A stretch of 64,000 nt of DNA from Longimicrobiales bacterium (GTDB lineage Bacteria > Gemmatimonadota > Gemmatimonadetes > Longimicrobiales > Gaopeijiaceae), in assembly GCA_963664435.2 (NCBI GenBank), contig CAXXKM010000001.1:128001-192000 (forward strand), given 5' to 3'. Both the position numbers and the translations under genes were made by a program. Below, piece after piece: positions 1 through 8,137 of this stretch (within the stretch, counting starts at the first letter, position 1; each line of letters opens with the position of its first letter). The notes beneath the pieces were generated by a model. It was not told the DNA's origin and did no database searches. It was given only the letters and a program-made list of their open reading frames with translations.

Positions 1-317
1 GCGTCACGGGAGTCCCCGTGGAGGGCGCCCTCGTCACCGCAACCTGGACCGGCTGGGACATCGGCACCATCGCGCAGGGTAGCAACCCGCGCGGCGGTGG
101 CGACCCCGCGGCCGGGCTTGTGCGGCTCGAGCAGAGGGACGGCCAGTACGAAGGAATCACCGGCACGGACGGGCGCTTCCTGTTCTGCCGGGTGCCCGCG
201 GGGCCCAGCGTGGTGGTCGAAGCGGCGTTGGCCGACGCCGTGGCCGAACCCGAGACGCTTGTCCTAGAGGAGGCGGGCCAGGCCGCGTTCATGACCGTGT
301 ATATCAGGAACCAGTAG
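1..317 (+). CDS. 5'-truncated protein with carboxypeptidase-regulatory-like (CarboxypepD_reg) beta-sandwich repeat
   Basis: Frame is open from the window edge; the pattern 'GVPVEGALVTATW...TGTDGRFLFCRVPAG' is typical of this domain. Confidence 0.55.
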   Translation, partial: VTGVPVEGALVTATWTGWDIGTIAQGSNPRGGGDPAAGLVRLEQRDGQYEGITGTDGRFLFCRVPAGPSVVVEAALADAVAEPETLVLEEAGQAAFMTVYIRNQ

Positions 318-473
318 TCCCTGGATAGATCCGCGCACGCACCGAAGGCGGTGATGGGCCGGTCCGGCAAGGCGCATTGGATGCCAGAGTGGTATCATTA
401 CCGGCGACCTGCAGGTCGCGCACTCACGGCAGGATTGCACGCACCTCGGCTCCCCCCAACCGACCACCCGACG

Positions 474-2624
474 ATGACCCTTCCTCTGCATCAATCCCTT
501 GAGCGGCCCGGGCCCCGGAGCACGCCCGACTCGGCTCCCCGACGGTTCCCGGCCCGTGGATTCGTGCTCGCAGGCCTCGCTCTGTCGTTCGCCCTGACGA
601 ACATCCCCGCGCGACTCGCGGCCCAGGAACCCGATTCGTCCGCGGTGATTCCGCTGGACGAAATCGAGGTGACGGTGCTGCGCACGCCCATCCTGCTGGG
701 CGAAGTTCCCTTCGCCGTGTCCGTGCTCGGCGAATCGGCGCTCACGCGGGGCAAGGCCGGACTCTCCATCGAGGAGGCGCTCCAGGGTCTTCCCGGCGTA
801 CAGGTGCAGAACCGCTACAACTCGGCGGTGGGCGAGCGCATCTCCATCCGCGGCTTCGGCGCCCGCTCCCAGTTCGGGGTGCGGGGGGTGACGGTGCTGG
901 TGGACGGCATTCCCGCCACCCTTCCCGACGGGCAGTCGACCCTCGACCACCTCGACCTGGGCACCCTCGGACGAGTGGAGGCGTTGCGCGGCCCGGGCTC
1001 GTCCGCCTACGGAAACGGGGCGGGCGGGGTGCTGCGCTTCGAGACCCGGCGGGCCGCCGACCAGCCCTTCCGCCAGGACTTCTCCACCATCTTCGGGAGC
1101 AACGGCATGAGCCGACTCCAGGCCACCGCCAACGGAGTGTCGGGTGACCGGGAATACCTCCTCAGCGCCTCCCGTTTCAACTACGACGGCTTCCGCAGAA
1201 ACCCGATCGCGGACGACGGCTCGCTCTACGGAGGCGCGCGCCGTCTGCACCTGAACGGCCAGCTGCGTTCCCCGGTCGCAGAGGGCGAGATGGTGGTGAC
1301 CGCGAATCTGGCCAACCTCGACGGGGAAAACCCGGGATCGCTGAACGATTCGCTGATGGCGATCGGCGACCGGCGGTCGCACACGGGAAGCATCTTCCAG
1401 CAGACGAACAAGAAGGTCACCCAGGGGCAGCTCGGGGTCGCCTGGACCGGACCGGCCGCCGCGGGCGAAGCGGACATCTCGGCGTGGGGCCTGTTCCGCA
1501 ACCTGGACAATCCCATCCCCTCCGCGGTAATCGACCTGAAACGCACCGCGGCGGGGGCGCGCGGCGCGCTGAGGGGACAGGCGGGGGAATCGGGACAGTT
1601 CACCTGGAACCTCGGCGGCGAGCTGGCTCTCCAGCGCGACGACCGGCAGAACCACGGCAACGACGGAGGCGAGCGGTCCGACCTCAGGCTCGACCAGCTG
1701 GAAAACGTCCGCACCCTCGCGTTCTTCGGCCAGGGCAACCTGAGTTTGGGGGAGCGCGCGCGGCTGGTCGGAGGCGTGCGCTACGACCGGCTCAACTTCT
1801 CCGTGGACGACGCGTTCCTCTCCAACGGCGACGACTCGGGCGACCGCCTGATGGACGCCATCAGCCCGTCGATCGGGCTGCATGTCGCGGCCGGCTCGTC
1901 GGTCGGCCTGTTCGCGACCATCGGCACCTCCTTCGAGAGCCCTACCACCACCGAGTTGGCCAACGACCCCAGCGGACGAGGCGGCTTCAACCCGGAGCTG
2001 AACCCGCAGCGCAGCCTGAGCCTGGAAGCCGGGGCGCGAGGCGTCTCCGGGAACCGGTTCGCCTACGAGTTCAGCGTCTTCACCACCAGCATCACCGACG
2101 CGCTGGTGCCCATAGAAGTGCCCGACATCGACCGCACCTTCTACGCGAACGCCGGGTCGGCGAGCCATCAGGGCTTCGAGGCGGCCTTCACCCTGGCGGC
2201 GGGCGGAGGTGCGTCGCTGCGCGCCACCTACAGCTACACGGACGCGGTCTTCGACGACTACGTGGCGCGCGGCAACGACTTCGGCGGCAACCAGATCCCG
2301 GGGCTCGCCCCTCACCGCGCGGAAGCCATCGCTTCGCTGGACCAGCCGGGCTGGTTCGCGGAACTGCGCCTCACCCGGGTGTCGGCCATCACCGTCAACG
2401 ACGTCAACACGGCCGAAACCGACCCCTACCAGCTTCTTGACGTGCGCTTCGAGCTGGACCCGGTTCGCGTCGGCGCGCTCGACGTGGCCCCGGTGGCGGG
2501 CGTAACCAACATCTTCGACACGCTGTATACCGCGTCGGTGGTGGTGAACGCCTTCGGGAGGCGCTACAACGAGCCCGGTCCCGGCCGGAGCTTCTACGCG
2601 GGACTGCGCGCCGGGCTGCCGTGA
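474..2624 (+). CDS. TonB-dependent outer-membrane receptor, YncD/PqqU-like
   Basis: Signal peptide, TonB-box-like LDEIEVT, plug 'ISIRGFGARSQFGVRGVTVLVDGIPATLPDGQ', C-terminal 'NIFDTLY...EPGPGRSFYAGLR'; start chosen at ATG 474 rather than 351. Confidence 0.9.
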   Translation: MTLPLHQSLERPGPRSTPDSAPRRFPARGFVLAGLALSFALTNIPARLAAQEPDSSAVIPLDEIEVTVLRTPILLGEVPFAVSVLGESALTRGKAGLSIEEALQGLPGVQVQNRYNSAVGERISIRGFGARSQFGVRGVTVLVDGIPATLPDGQSTLDHLDLGTLGRVEALRGPGSSAYGNGAGGVLRFETRRAADQPFRQDFSTIFGSNGMSRLQATANGVSGDREYLLSASRFNYDGFRRNPIADDGSLYGGARRLHLNGQLRSPVAEGEMVVTANLANLDGENPGSLNDSLMAIGDRRSHTGSIFQQTNKKVTQGQLGVAWTGPAAAGEADISAWGLFRNLDNPIPSAVIDLKRTAAGARGALRGQAGESGQFTWNLGGELALQRDDRQNHGNDGGERSDLRLDQLENVRTLAFFGQGNLSLGERARLVGGVRYDRLNFSVDDAFLSNGDDSGDRLMDAISPSIGLHVAAGSSVGLFATIGTSFESPTTTELANDPSGRGGFNPELNPQRSLSLEAGARGVSGNRFAYEFSVFTTSITDALVPIEVPDIDRTFYANAGSASHQGFEAAFTLAAGGGASLRATYSYTDAVFDDYVARGNDFGGNQIPGLAPHRAEAIASLDQPGWFAELRLTRVSAITVNDVNTAETDPYQLLDVRFELDPVRVGALDVAPVAGVTNIFDTLYTASVVVNAFGRRYNEPGPGRSFYAGLRAGLP

Positions 2625-3229
2625 TCCGAACCTTCGCGGTTCTGTTGCTGGCGGGTGGCCTGGCGTTGGCTCCGCGCGGAAGGCTGCAGGCCCTGTCCCC
2701 GGTCACCACGATCGGCCCGAGGTTCACGCCTTCCGCTACCCGGACCGTGCCAGCAGCGGACCCGGCCTCCGCCACCCCGACCCGGGAAGCGATCGATGCG
2801 GCCGACGATCCACCCGTCTACCGCTACGGTCTGACCCTCGGGGGCACCAGCTTCATCTCACTGGTCTTCGAATACGAGTCCAACAACCGGGCGGTGGAAT
2901 TCGCGCTCGGGACCTTCTCGGGACGGGACCTGTCGCTGGCCGTCACCGGCAAACAGTACCTCGGCGGGGGCGACCTCCGCGCCTTCGCCGGCGCCGGGCT
3001 ATGGGGCGTCGCGGCCTTCCCCGCCGATCAGCGCGCCGGGTTCGCCCTGATCGCGCGGGCTCCGATCGGGGTGGACTGGCACGCGCTCGAACGACACGCA
3101 GCCGGATTCGAACTCACCCTCAACCGGGCTCTGGCCATGCGCCGGCCCGACCCGGTGGACGAACGCCCGCCGCGCACCCGCATCGTCCCCCTTCCGGCCC
3201 TCTACTACCGCTTCGCGGATCCCCGCTGA
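2621..3229 (+). CDS. Secreted hypothetical protein, possible small outer-membrane beta-barrel
   Basis: GTGA overlap with the receptor stop; signal peptide; alternating hydrophobic strands ending LYYRF. Confidence 0.6.
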   Translation: MIRTFAVLLLAGGLALAPRGRLQALSPVTTIGPRFTPSATRTVPAADPASATPTREAIDAADDPPVYRYGLTLGGTSFISLVFEYESNNRAVEFALGTFSGRDLSLAVTGKQYLGGGDLRAFAGAGLWGVAAFPADQRAGFALIARAPIGVDWHALERHAAGFELTLNRALAMRRPDPVDERPPRTRIVPLPALYYRFADPR

Positions 3230-3256
3230 GGACGCGCGCCTTCCAGCAAACCTCTA

Positions 3257-3270
3257 ACTCCACCGGCGTC
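3257..3270. repeat. Left copy of 14-bp direct repeat ACTCCACCGGCGTC (partner at 12856-12869 in the thrC 3' end)
   Basis: Exact 14-mer at both positions; similarity continues after a 3-nt gap (CCCATGTGC vs CCCACGTAC). Confidence 0.7.
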
Positions 3271-3310
3271 CCCATGTGCGCCGAGGAAGGTCGTGCGCCT
3301 TGCCCCGGTC

Positions 3311-3440
3311 TGTTCGAAAACGGAACAGGCCGTCCCATTATCGGTCGATGGCTGTCCTGGCCCTCCTTTGGTGGTGGCCCATAAGCTCCTGGACTACCAT
3401 GTGATACGACCTCTCGCCGTGGCCTGGCACGAAGCTTTCT
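3311..3440 (+). promoter_or_regulatory. Putative sigma-54 promoter (TGGCACG-AAGC-TTTCT, 3425-3440) with upstream activator site (TGTTC-N7-GAACA, 3311-3327)
   Basis: Perfect -24 element; -12 has one mismatch to TTGC; palindrome 114 bp upstream; same layout recurs at 6316-6446. Confidence 0.6.
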
Positions 3441-3482
3441 CGTGAGTCCATGATCGAGCATAAAGAATGAGGCAGGCAACCC

Positions 3483-4865
3483 ATGCCGGCGCGTATCCTG
3501 ATCGCGGATGACCAGAGCGATATTCTTGAAGCTGTGCGCCTGCTGCTGAAGGGCGAAGGCTTTGAGACCACCGCCGTCACGTCGCCCGGTGCGGTCCGGC
3601 GCGCGGTCGAAAAGGGTGATTTCGACCTGGTCCTGCTCGACTTGAACTACACCCGCGACACCACCTCCGGAAAGGAAGGACTGGGTCTGCTCGGCGACCT
3701 GCGCGAACTGGACGAAACCCTGCCGGTGGTCACCATGACCGCGTGGGGCAGCGTGGGTGGAGCCGTGGAGGCGATGCGCCGCGGAGCCCGGGACTATGTC
3801 GAGAAGCCGTGGGACAATGAACGGCTGCTCGCCACGATTCGGACGCAGGTGGACCTCGGGCGGGCGTTGCGCCGCGCCCAGCGGCTCGAGACGGAGAACA
3901 TCAGGCTCAAGGGAGAGAGCGCACCGCAACTCATCGCCGAATCCGCGGCCATGCGGCCGGTGCTGGAGATCATCGACCGCATCGGCCCCTCGCACGCAAA
4001 CGTGCTGATTACCGGAGAGCACGGGACGGGAAAGGAGGTAGTCGCTCGACGCCTGCATGCCGTGTCGAACCGAGCCGAGTACGACCTCGTCGCCGTAAAC
4101 GCCGGGGGATTCGGCGAAGGGATCTTCGAGAGCGAGATCTTCGGACATGTAAAGGGTGCCTTCACCGACGCCCGGACCGAGCGGGTCGGGTGCTTCGAAC
4201 TTGCCCACAAGGGCACCCTGTTTCTTGATGAGATCGCCAACGTATCGTTGCACCAGCAGGCCAGGTTCCTGCGCGTGCTCGAGACCGGGGAGATTCAGCG
4301 TGTCGGCTCGTCGAAGGTGCGGCATGTCGATGTGCGGGTCATTTCCGCCACCAACGCCAGCATTGGCGAAGCAGTGGCAAGAGGCGACTTCCGCGAAGAT
4401 CTGCTCTACCGGTTGAACACGGTCGAAATCGAGCTTCCCCCACTTCGGGACCGTCCCGAGGACATCCCGCTACTCGCTCGGCACTTCCTGGGCCGGCAGG
4501 CAACCCGCTACGGAAGAGCCATCGTCGGCTTTTCGCCGGGGGCCGAGGCCGCCCTCGCGGCGCACGCATGGCCCGGCAACGTGCGTGAGCTGCAGCATTC
4601 GGTCGAACGCGCCGTGCTCATGGCACGCGGCTCGCACATCAAGGCGGCCGACTTTCGGCTGCGCGGCCGCGAAGTCGATTCGGCAACCCTCTCGGACGTT
4701 ACGCTGGAGGAGGCCGAGCGGATCCTCGTCCGGAAGGCGCTGGATCGCCACGATGGTAATGTGAGCAGGGCGGCGCGGGCGCTTGGGCTCACTCGCAGCT
4801 CGCTCTACCGGCGTCTGAAGCGGATCAAGGCCGAGGACGATGACCGGGAACCCGTGAGTCGTTGA
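3483..4865 (+). CDS. Sigma-54-dependent response regulator (NtrC family; REC-AAA+-Fis HTH)
   Basis: ILIADD and LLDLN receiver; GEHGTGKE Walker A; GAFTDA loop; LFLDEI; WPGNVREL; C-terminal HTH. Confidence 0.95.
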   Translation: MPARILIADDQSDILEAVRLLLKGEGFETTAVTSPGAVRRAVEKGDFDLVLLDLNYTRDTTSGKEGLGLLGDLRELDETLPVVTMTAWGSVGGAVEAMRRGARDYVEKPWDNERLLATIRTQVDLGRALRRAQRLETENIRLKGESAPQLIAESAAMRPVLEIIDRIGPSHANVLITGEHGTGKEVVARRLHAVSNRAEYDLVAVNAGGFGEGIFESEIFGHVKGAFTDARTERVGCFELAHKGTLFLDEIANVSLHQQARFLRVLETGEIQRVGSSKVRHVDVRVISATNASIGEAVARGDFREDLLYRLNTVEIELPPLRDRPEDIPLLARHFLGRQATRYGRAIVGFSPGAEAALAAHAWPGNVRELQHSVERAVLMARGSHIKAADFRLRGREVDSATLSDVTLEEAERILVRKALDRHDGNVSRAARALGLTRSSLYRRLKRIKAEDDDREPVSR

Positions 4866-4899
4866 TCGCGTTCGCGCGGCATGGGGAGTCGAGAGACGA

Positions 4900-6240
4900 A
4901 TGAGCCTCAGGTGGCTGGGTACGCGACACGACAGGCGGGTTCTCCTCCTTACCGCTTTGGCGGGCCTGCCCGGCGTCGTCGTGGCCCTCCTCTTTCTCTG
5001 GCGGAGCGGCCTCGACCCCGCAATGCGCTGGCCGTTGTCGCTGGCGTTGATCGGCGGTTGGATCGGGCTCAGCGCCGCTGCGAAGAACCACGCTGTCGGT
5101 CCCTTTGAGACCATCGCGAACATGCTCGCGGCCCTGCGTGAGGGGGACTTCTCGATCAGGGCCAGGGTGGGTGATGCCCGAGACTCCCTCTCGCTGGCCT
5201 ATCTGGAGATCAACTCACTCGAGGAGATCCTGAGGGAGCAAAGGCTCGGAGCCGTTGAGGCCACGGAGACGCTCCGCAAGGTCCTGGAGGAGATCGACAT
5301 CGTGGTGCTGGCCTTCGACCCGCAGGGTGTGCTGCGCATCATCAATCGGGCCGGTGAGAGACTGCTCGGACAGCCAGCGCGCCGCCTCAGAGGCAGGACA
5401 GCGGAGGAGTTGCGTCTCTCCGGCCAGTTGACCGGTACTACGCCGCGCACTGTGGAGCTCTCATTTCCCGGTGGATCGGGCCGGTGGGAACTTCGACGCA
5501 GTGTCGTCCGCCAGGAGGGGTTTCCCCTCCGGCTGATCGCGCTCTCGGACCTGAGCCGTGCGCTGCACGAAGAGGAGCGCAAGGCCTGGAAGCGCATCAT
5601 CCGCGTGCTGTCCCATGAGATCAACAATTCCCTCGCCCCGATCAAATCGATCTCGGGCAGCCTCCGCACCCTTCTGAAGCGCGGCCGGCTTCCTGCCGAG
5701 ATGGAGGACGATGTGGAGCGGGGCCTGGACGTGATATCGTCCCGGGCCGAGACGCTGGGGCGGTTCATGGCTTCCTATGCCCGGCTCGCTCGGCTGCCGG
5801 CACCGAAGCCGGCTCCAATCCCGGTCGGTAATCTGGTTCAGATGGTTGCCGACCTGGAGACCCGGATCCCGGTGGAGGTGGTGCCCGGCCCCGAGGCTAC
5901 CTGTTCCGCGGATGCCGATCAGCTCCAACAAGCCCTCATCAACCTCGTGAGGAACGCGGTCGATGCAACTCTCGAAGCCGGGGGCCAGCGGGTCCGGCTC
6001 GGATGGGCGGTGCATGACGCCAGGGTTGAGATCATCGTCGAAGACGAGGGCCCCGGGCTCGGAGACACCGGCAACCTCTTCGTGCCCTTCTTTACCACCA
6101 AGTCCGGGGGCTCCGGGGTCGGCCTCGTCCTGTCACGGCAGATTGCAGAGAGCCATGGCGGCACTCTGTTGCTGGAGAATCGGGGAGACGGCCCGGGAGC
6201 ACGCGCGCGCATCGCGATCCCCATGGATTCGGACGATTGA
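4900..6240 (+). CDS. PAS-domain sensor histidine kinase
   Basis: Two TM helices, PAS-like region, H-box LSHEINNSL, NLVRNA, DEGPG, FVPFFTTK, GSGVGL. Confidence 0.95.
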   Translation: MSLRWLGTRHDRRVLLLTALAGLPGVVVALLFLWRSGLDPAMRWPLSLALIGGWIGLSAAAKNHAVGPFETIANMLAALREGDFSIRARVGDARDSLSLAYLEINSLEEILREQRLGAVEATETLRKVLEEIDIVVLAFDPQGVLRIINRAGERLLGQPARRLRGRTAEELRLSGQLTGTTPRTVELSFPGGSGRWELRRSVVRQEGFPLRLIALSDLSRALHEEERKAWKRIIRVLSHEINNSLAPIKSISGSLRTLLKRGRLPAEMEDDVERGLDVISSRAETLGRFMASYARLARLPAPKPAPIPVGNLVQMVADLETRIPVEVVPGPEATCSADADQLQQALINLVRNAVDATLEAGGQRVRLGWAVHDARVEIIVEDEGPGLGDTGNLFVPFFTTKSGGSGVGLVLSRQIAESHGGTLLLENRGDGPGARARIAIPMDSDD

Positions 6241-6315
6241 AGAGGCGTGCGAGTCCGCCGTCCCTCCGAAAGCTCCCAACGCCACGGGAATCGGTACCCC
6301 GGCACCAAGGTCAAC

Positions 6316-6446
6316 CGTTCAGAATCGCACGCCCGAATCCCATAACCGGGCGGAGACGACATTTCCAACGCGGGACGACACGCTCCATAACATGTTGTGT
6401 TGATGTAACATAGACACGACGACACCGCCTTGGCACGCTTCTTACA
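6316..6446 (+). promoter_or_regulatory. Putative sigma-54 promoter (TGGCACG-CTTC-TTACA, 6431-6446) with upstream activator site and AT-rich IHF-like spacer
   Basis: Perfect -24 element; upstream block 21/37 identical to 3311-3347 at near-identical spacing; TAACATGTTG resembles an IHF site. Confidence 0.6.
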
Positions 6447-6565
6447 CTGTCTCCCCTCAGAAGCGCGGGCGGTCCCATGGGGAAGCGCGAGGAGATCGCG
6501 GCGAGGCATGGAGGCGTTGGTCAGGTCAACGCCGGCGCCCACCGCAGGCACCGATCACTCCGGAC

Positions 6566-8101
6566 GTGGAGCGAGCATCAATGGTTCGAGATACCGCAGT
6601 TGGCGCGGCTCTCGTCCTGATGGCCGCGGTCGGTATCGCCTCAGCCCCCGCGGGGATATCGGCCCAGGAGCGAATCAGTCTCTCGCTCGAAGAGGCAATC
6701 CGGATCGCGAAGGATGGGAACCCGGCCTTTCTCTCGGCGACCAACGATCTGGATCGCGCCGCGTGGCAGGTCCGCGAGGCCTACGGCCAGTTCCTGCCTT
6801 CGGTCATCGCCGGGGGAGGAGCCCAGTACGAGTACGCCGGCGTGCAGCGCTTCGGCATCTTCTCGTCGACCGACATCGCGGTGGGCACCACGGATTACCT
6901 GCTCTCCAACTATTTCCTGTCCGTCAACTGGTCCATTAACGGCAACACATTCTTCCAGGCGAGGTCCGCGCGTGCGAACCAGCGCGCCGCCGAGGCCAGG
7001 GGCGCGGCCGACGAGTTCGCCCTGGAGGCCACCGTCACGCTGCAGTACCTCGCCGCGTTGAGGGCCAGGGACGCGGTCGAAGTTGCGGAGGGCCAGGTGG
7101 CCCGCTGGGAACAGAACTTTGCGCTGATCGGTGCGCGGGTTGACGCGGGAGCCGCCCTTTCGACCGAGGGAAAGCAGTCCGAGGTTGATCTGGGGCGAGC
7201 CCGGGTGGCCCTTCTGCGGGCGGAAAACCTCTACCGCACCGAAGTGGCCCGCCTCATGGAGCAGCTCGGCACGGATCTGGGAGCCCCGCTCGAGCTGGCT
7301 TCGGACTTCGCCGTGTTCGAACCGGATTGGGATCGGAGAGAGCTGATCGAGATGGCCACATCGGGACATCCCGGCTTGCGGGCGGCTCTGGCGTCGGAGG
7401 CCTCGGCGTCGGCGCAGGTCAACCATGCCCGCAGCAGCTACTTTCCGACGGTCTCGGCCTCGGCGGTCTGGTCCGGGTTCACCCGCCAGGTCGGCAACCG
7501 GGACTACGTCGTTCAGCAGGCACAGGGCAGCGTCGACCGGCGGCGACGAAGCTGCCAGTTCGACAACGCCCTCCTCGCCCACCTGCAGGAACTGCCGGGG
7601 CTTACGATGGACGATTGCTCGAAGTACGTGCTCACGGAACCGATGCGCCAGCAGGTCCTGACGGCGAACGAGACGTTCCCGTTCGACTTCACGGGGCAGC
7701 CGCTGAGCCTTCGCCTGGCCGTGAGCTTCCCCGTCTTCGAAGGCTTTGCCAGGCAACGCAACATCGCCCACGCCCAGGCGGACAGGCGAGACGCCATGTA
7801 CGCTCGCAGGGCGGAAGAACTCAGGCTCCGCGCGGCCGTCACGCAGTCCTACGACGATCTGGTGACGGCATACCGGGCCCTGCGCATCCAGGAGCGCAAT
7901 CTCGAGGTCGCGTCGGAGCAGCTTGAGCTCGCACGCCGGCGCTATGCGCTCGGGGCGGCCCCGTTCCTGGAGCTTCTGGACGCCGAGGACTCGATGGCGC
8001 AGTCGGAGCGCGACCACCTCGCTGCCGTGTACGACTTTCATGCTGCCATCTGGTCGCTTGAAGCCGCGGTCGGAAGGCGTCTTCGACCGGAGGATGGGTG
8101 A
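6566..8101 (+). CDS. TolC-family outer-membrane efflux protein
   Basis: Signal peptide, LSLEEAIRIA, YFPTVS, ARRRYALG..LELLDA repeats; start could be 6581. Confidence 0.9.
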   Translation: MERASMVRDTAVGAALVLMAAVGIASAPAGISAQERISLSLEEAIRIAKDGNPAFLSATNDLDRAAWQVREAYGQFLPSVIAGGGAQYEYAGVQRFGIFSSTDIAVGTTDYLLSNYFLSVNWSINGNTFFQARSARANQRAAEARGAADEFALEATVTLQYLAALRARDAVEVAEGQVARWEQNFALIGARVDAGAALSTEGKQSEVDLGRARVALLRAENLYRTEVARLMEQLGTDLGAPLELASDFAVFEPDWDRRELIEMATSGHPGLRAALASEASASAQVNHARSSYFPTVSASAVWSGFTRQVGNRDYVVQQAQGSVDRRRRSCQFDNALLAHLQELPGLTMDDCSKYVLTEPMRQQVLTANETFPFDFTGQPLSLRLAVSFPVFEGFARQRNIAHAQADRRDAMYARRAEELRLRAAVTQSYDDLVTAYRALRIQERNLEVASEQLELARRRYALGAAPFLELLDAEDSMAQSERDHLAAVYDFHAAIWSLEAAVGRRLRPEDG

Positions 8102-8137
8102 AGGTGGCGGCGGGGTCGGGCAACCATCTCCGAGAGG

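Noticed and set aside
3233..3245. 13-bp match CGCGCGCCTTCCA to 14017-14029 near the thrC start
   Set aside because: Short, GC-rich, no flanking similarity and no boundary explained; plausible by chance
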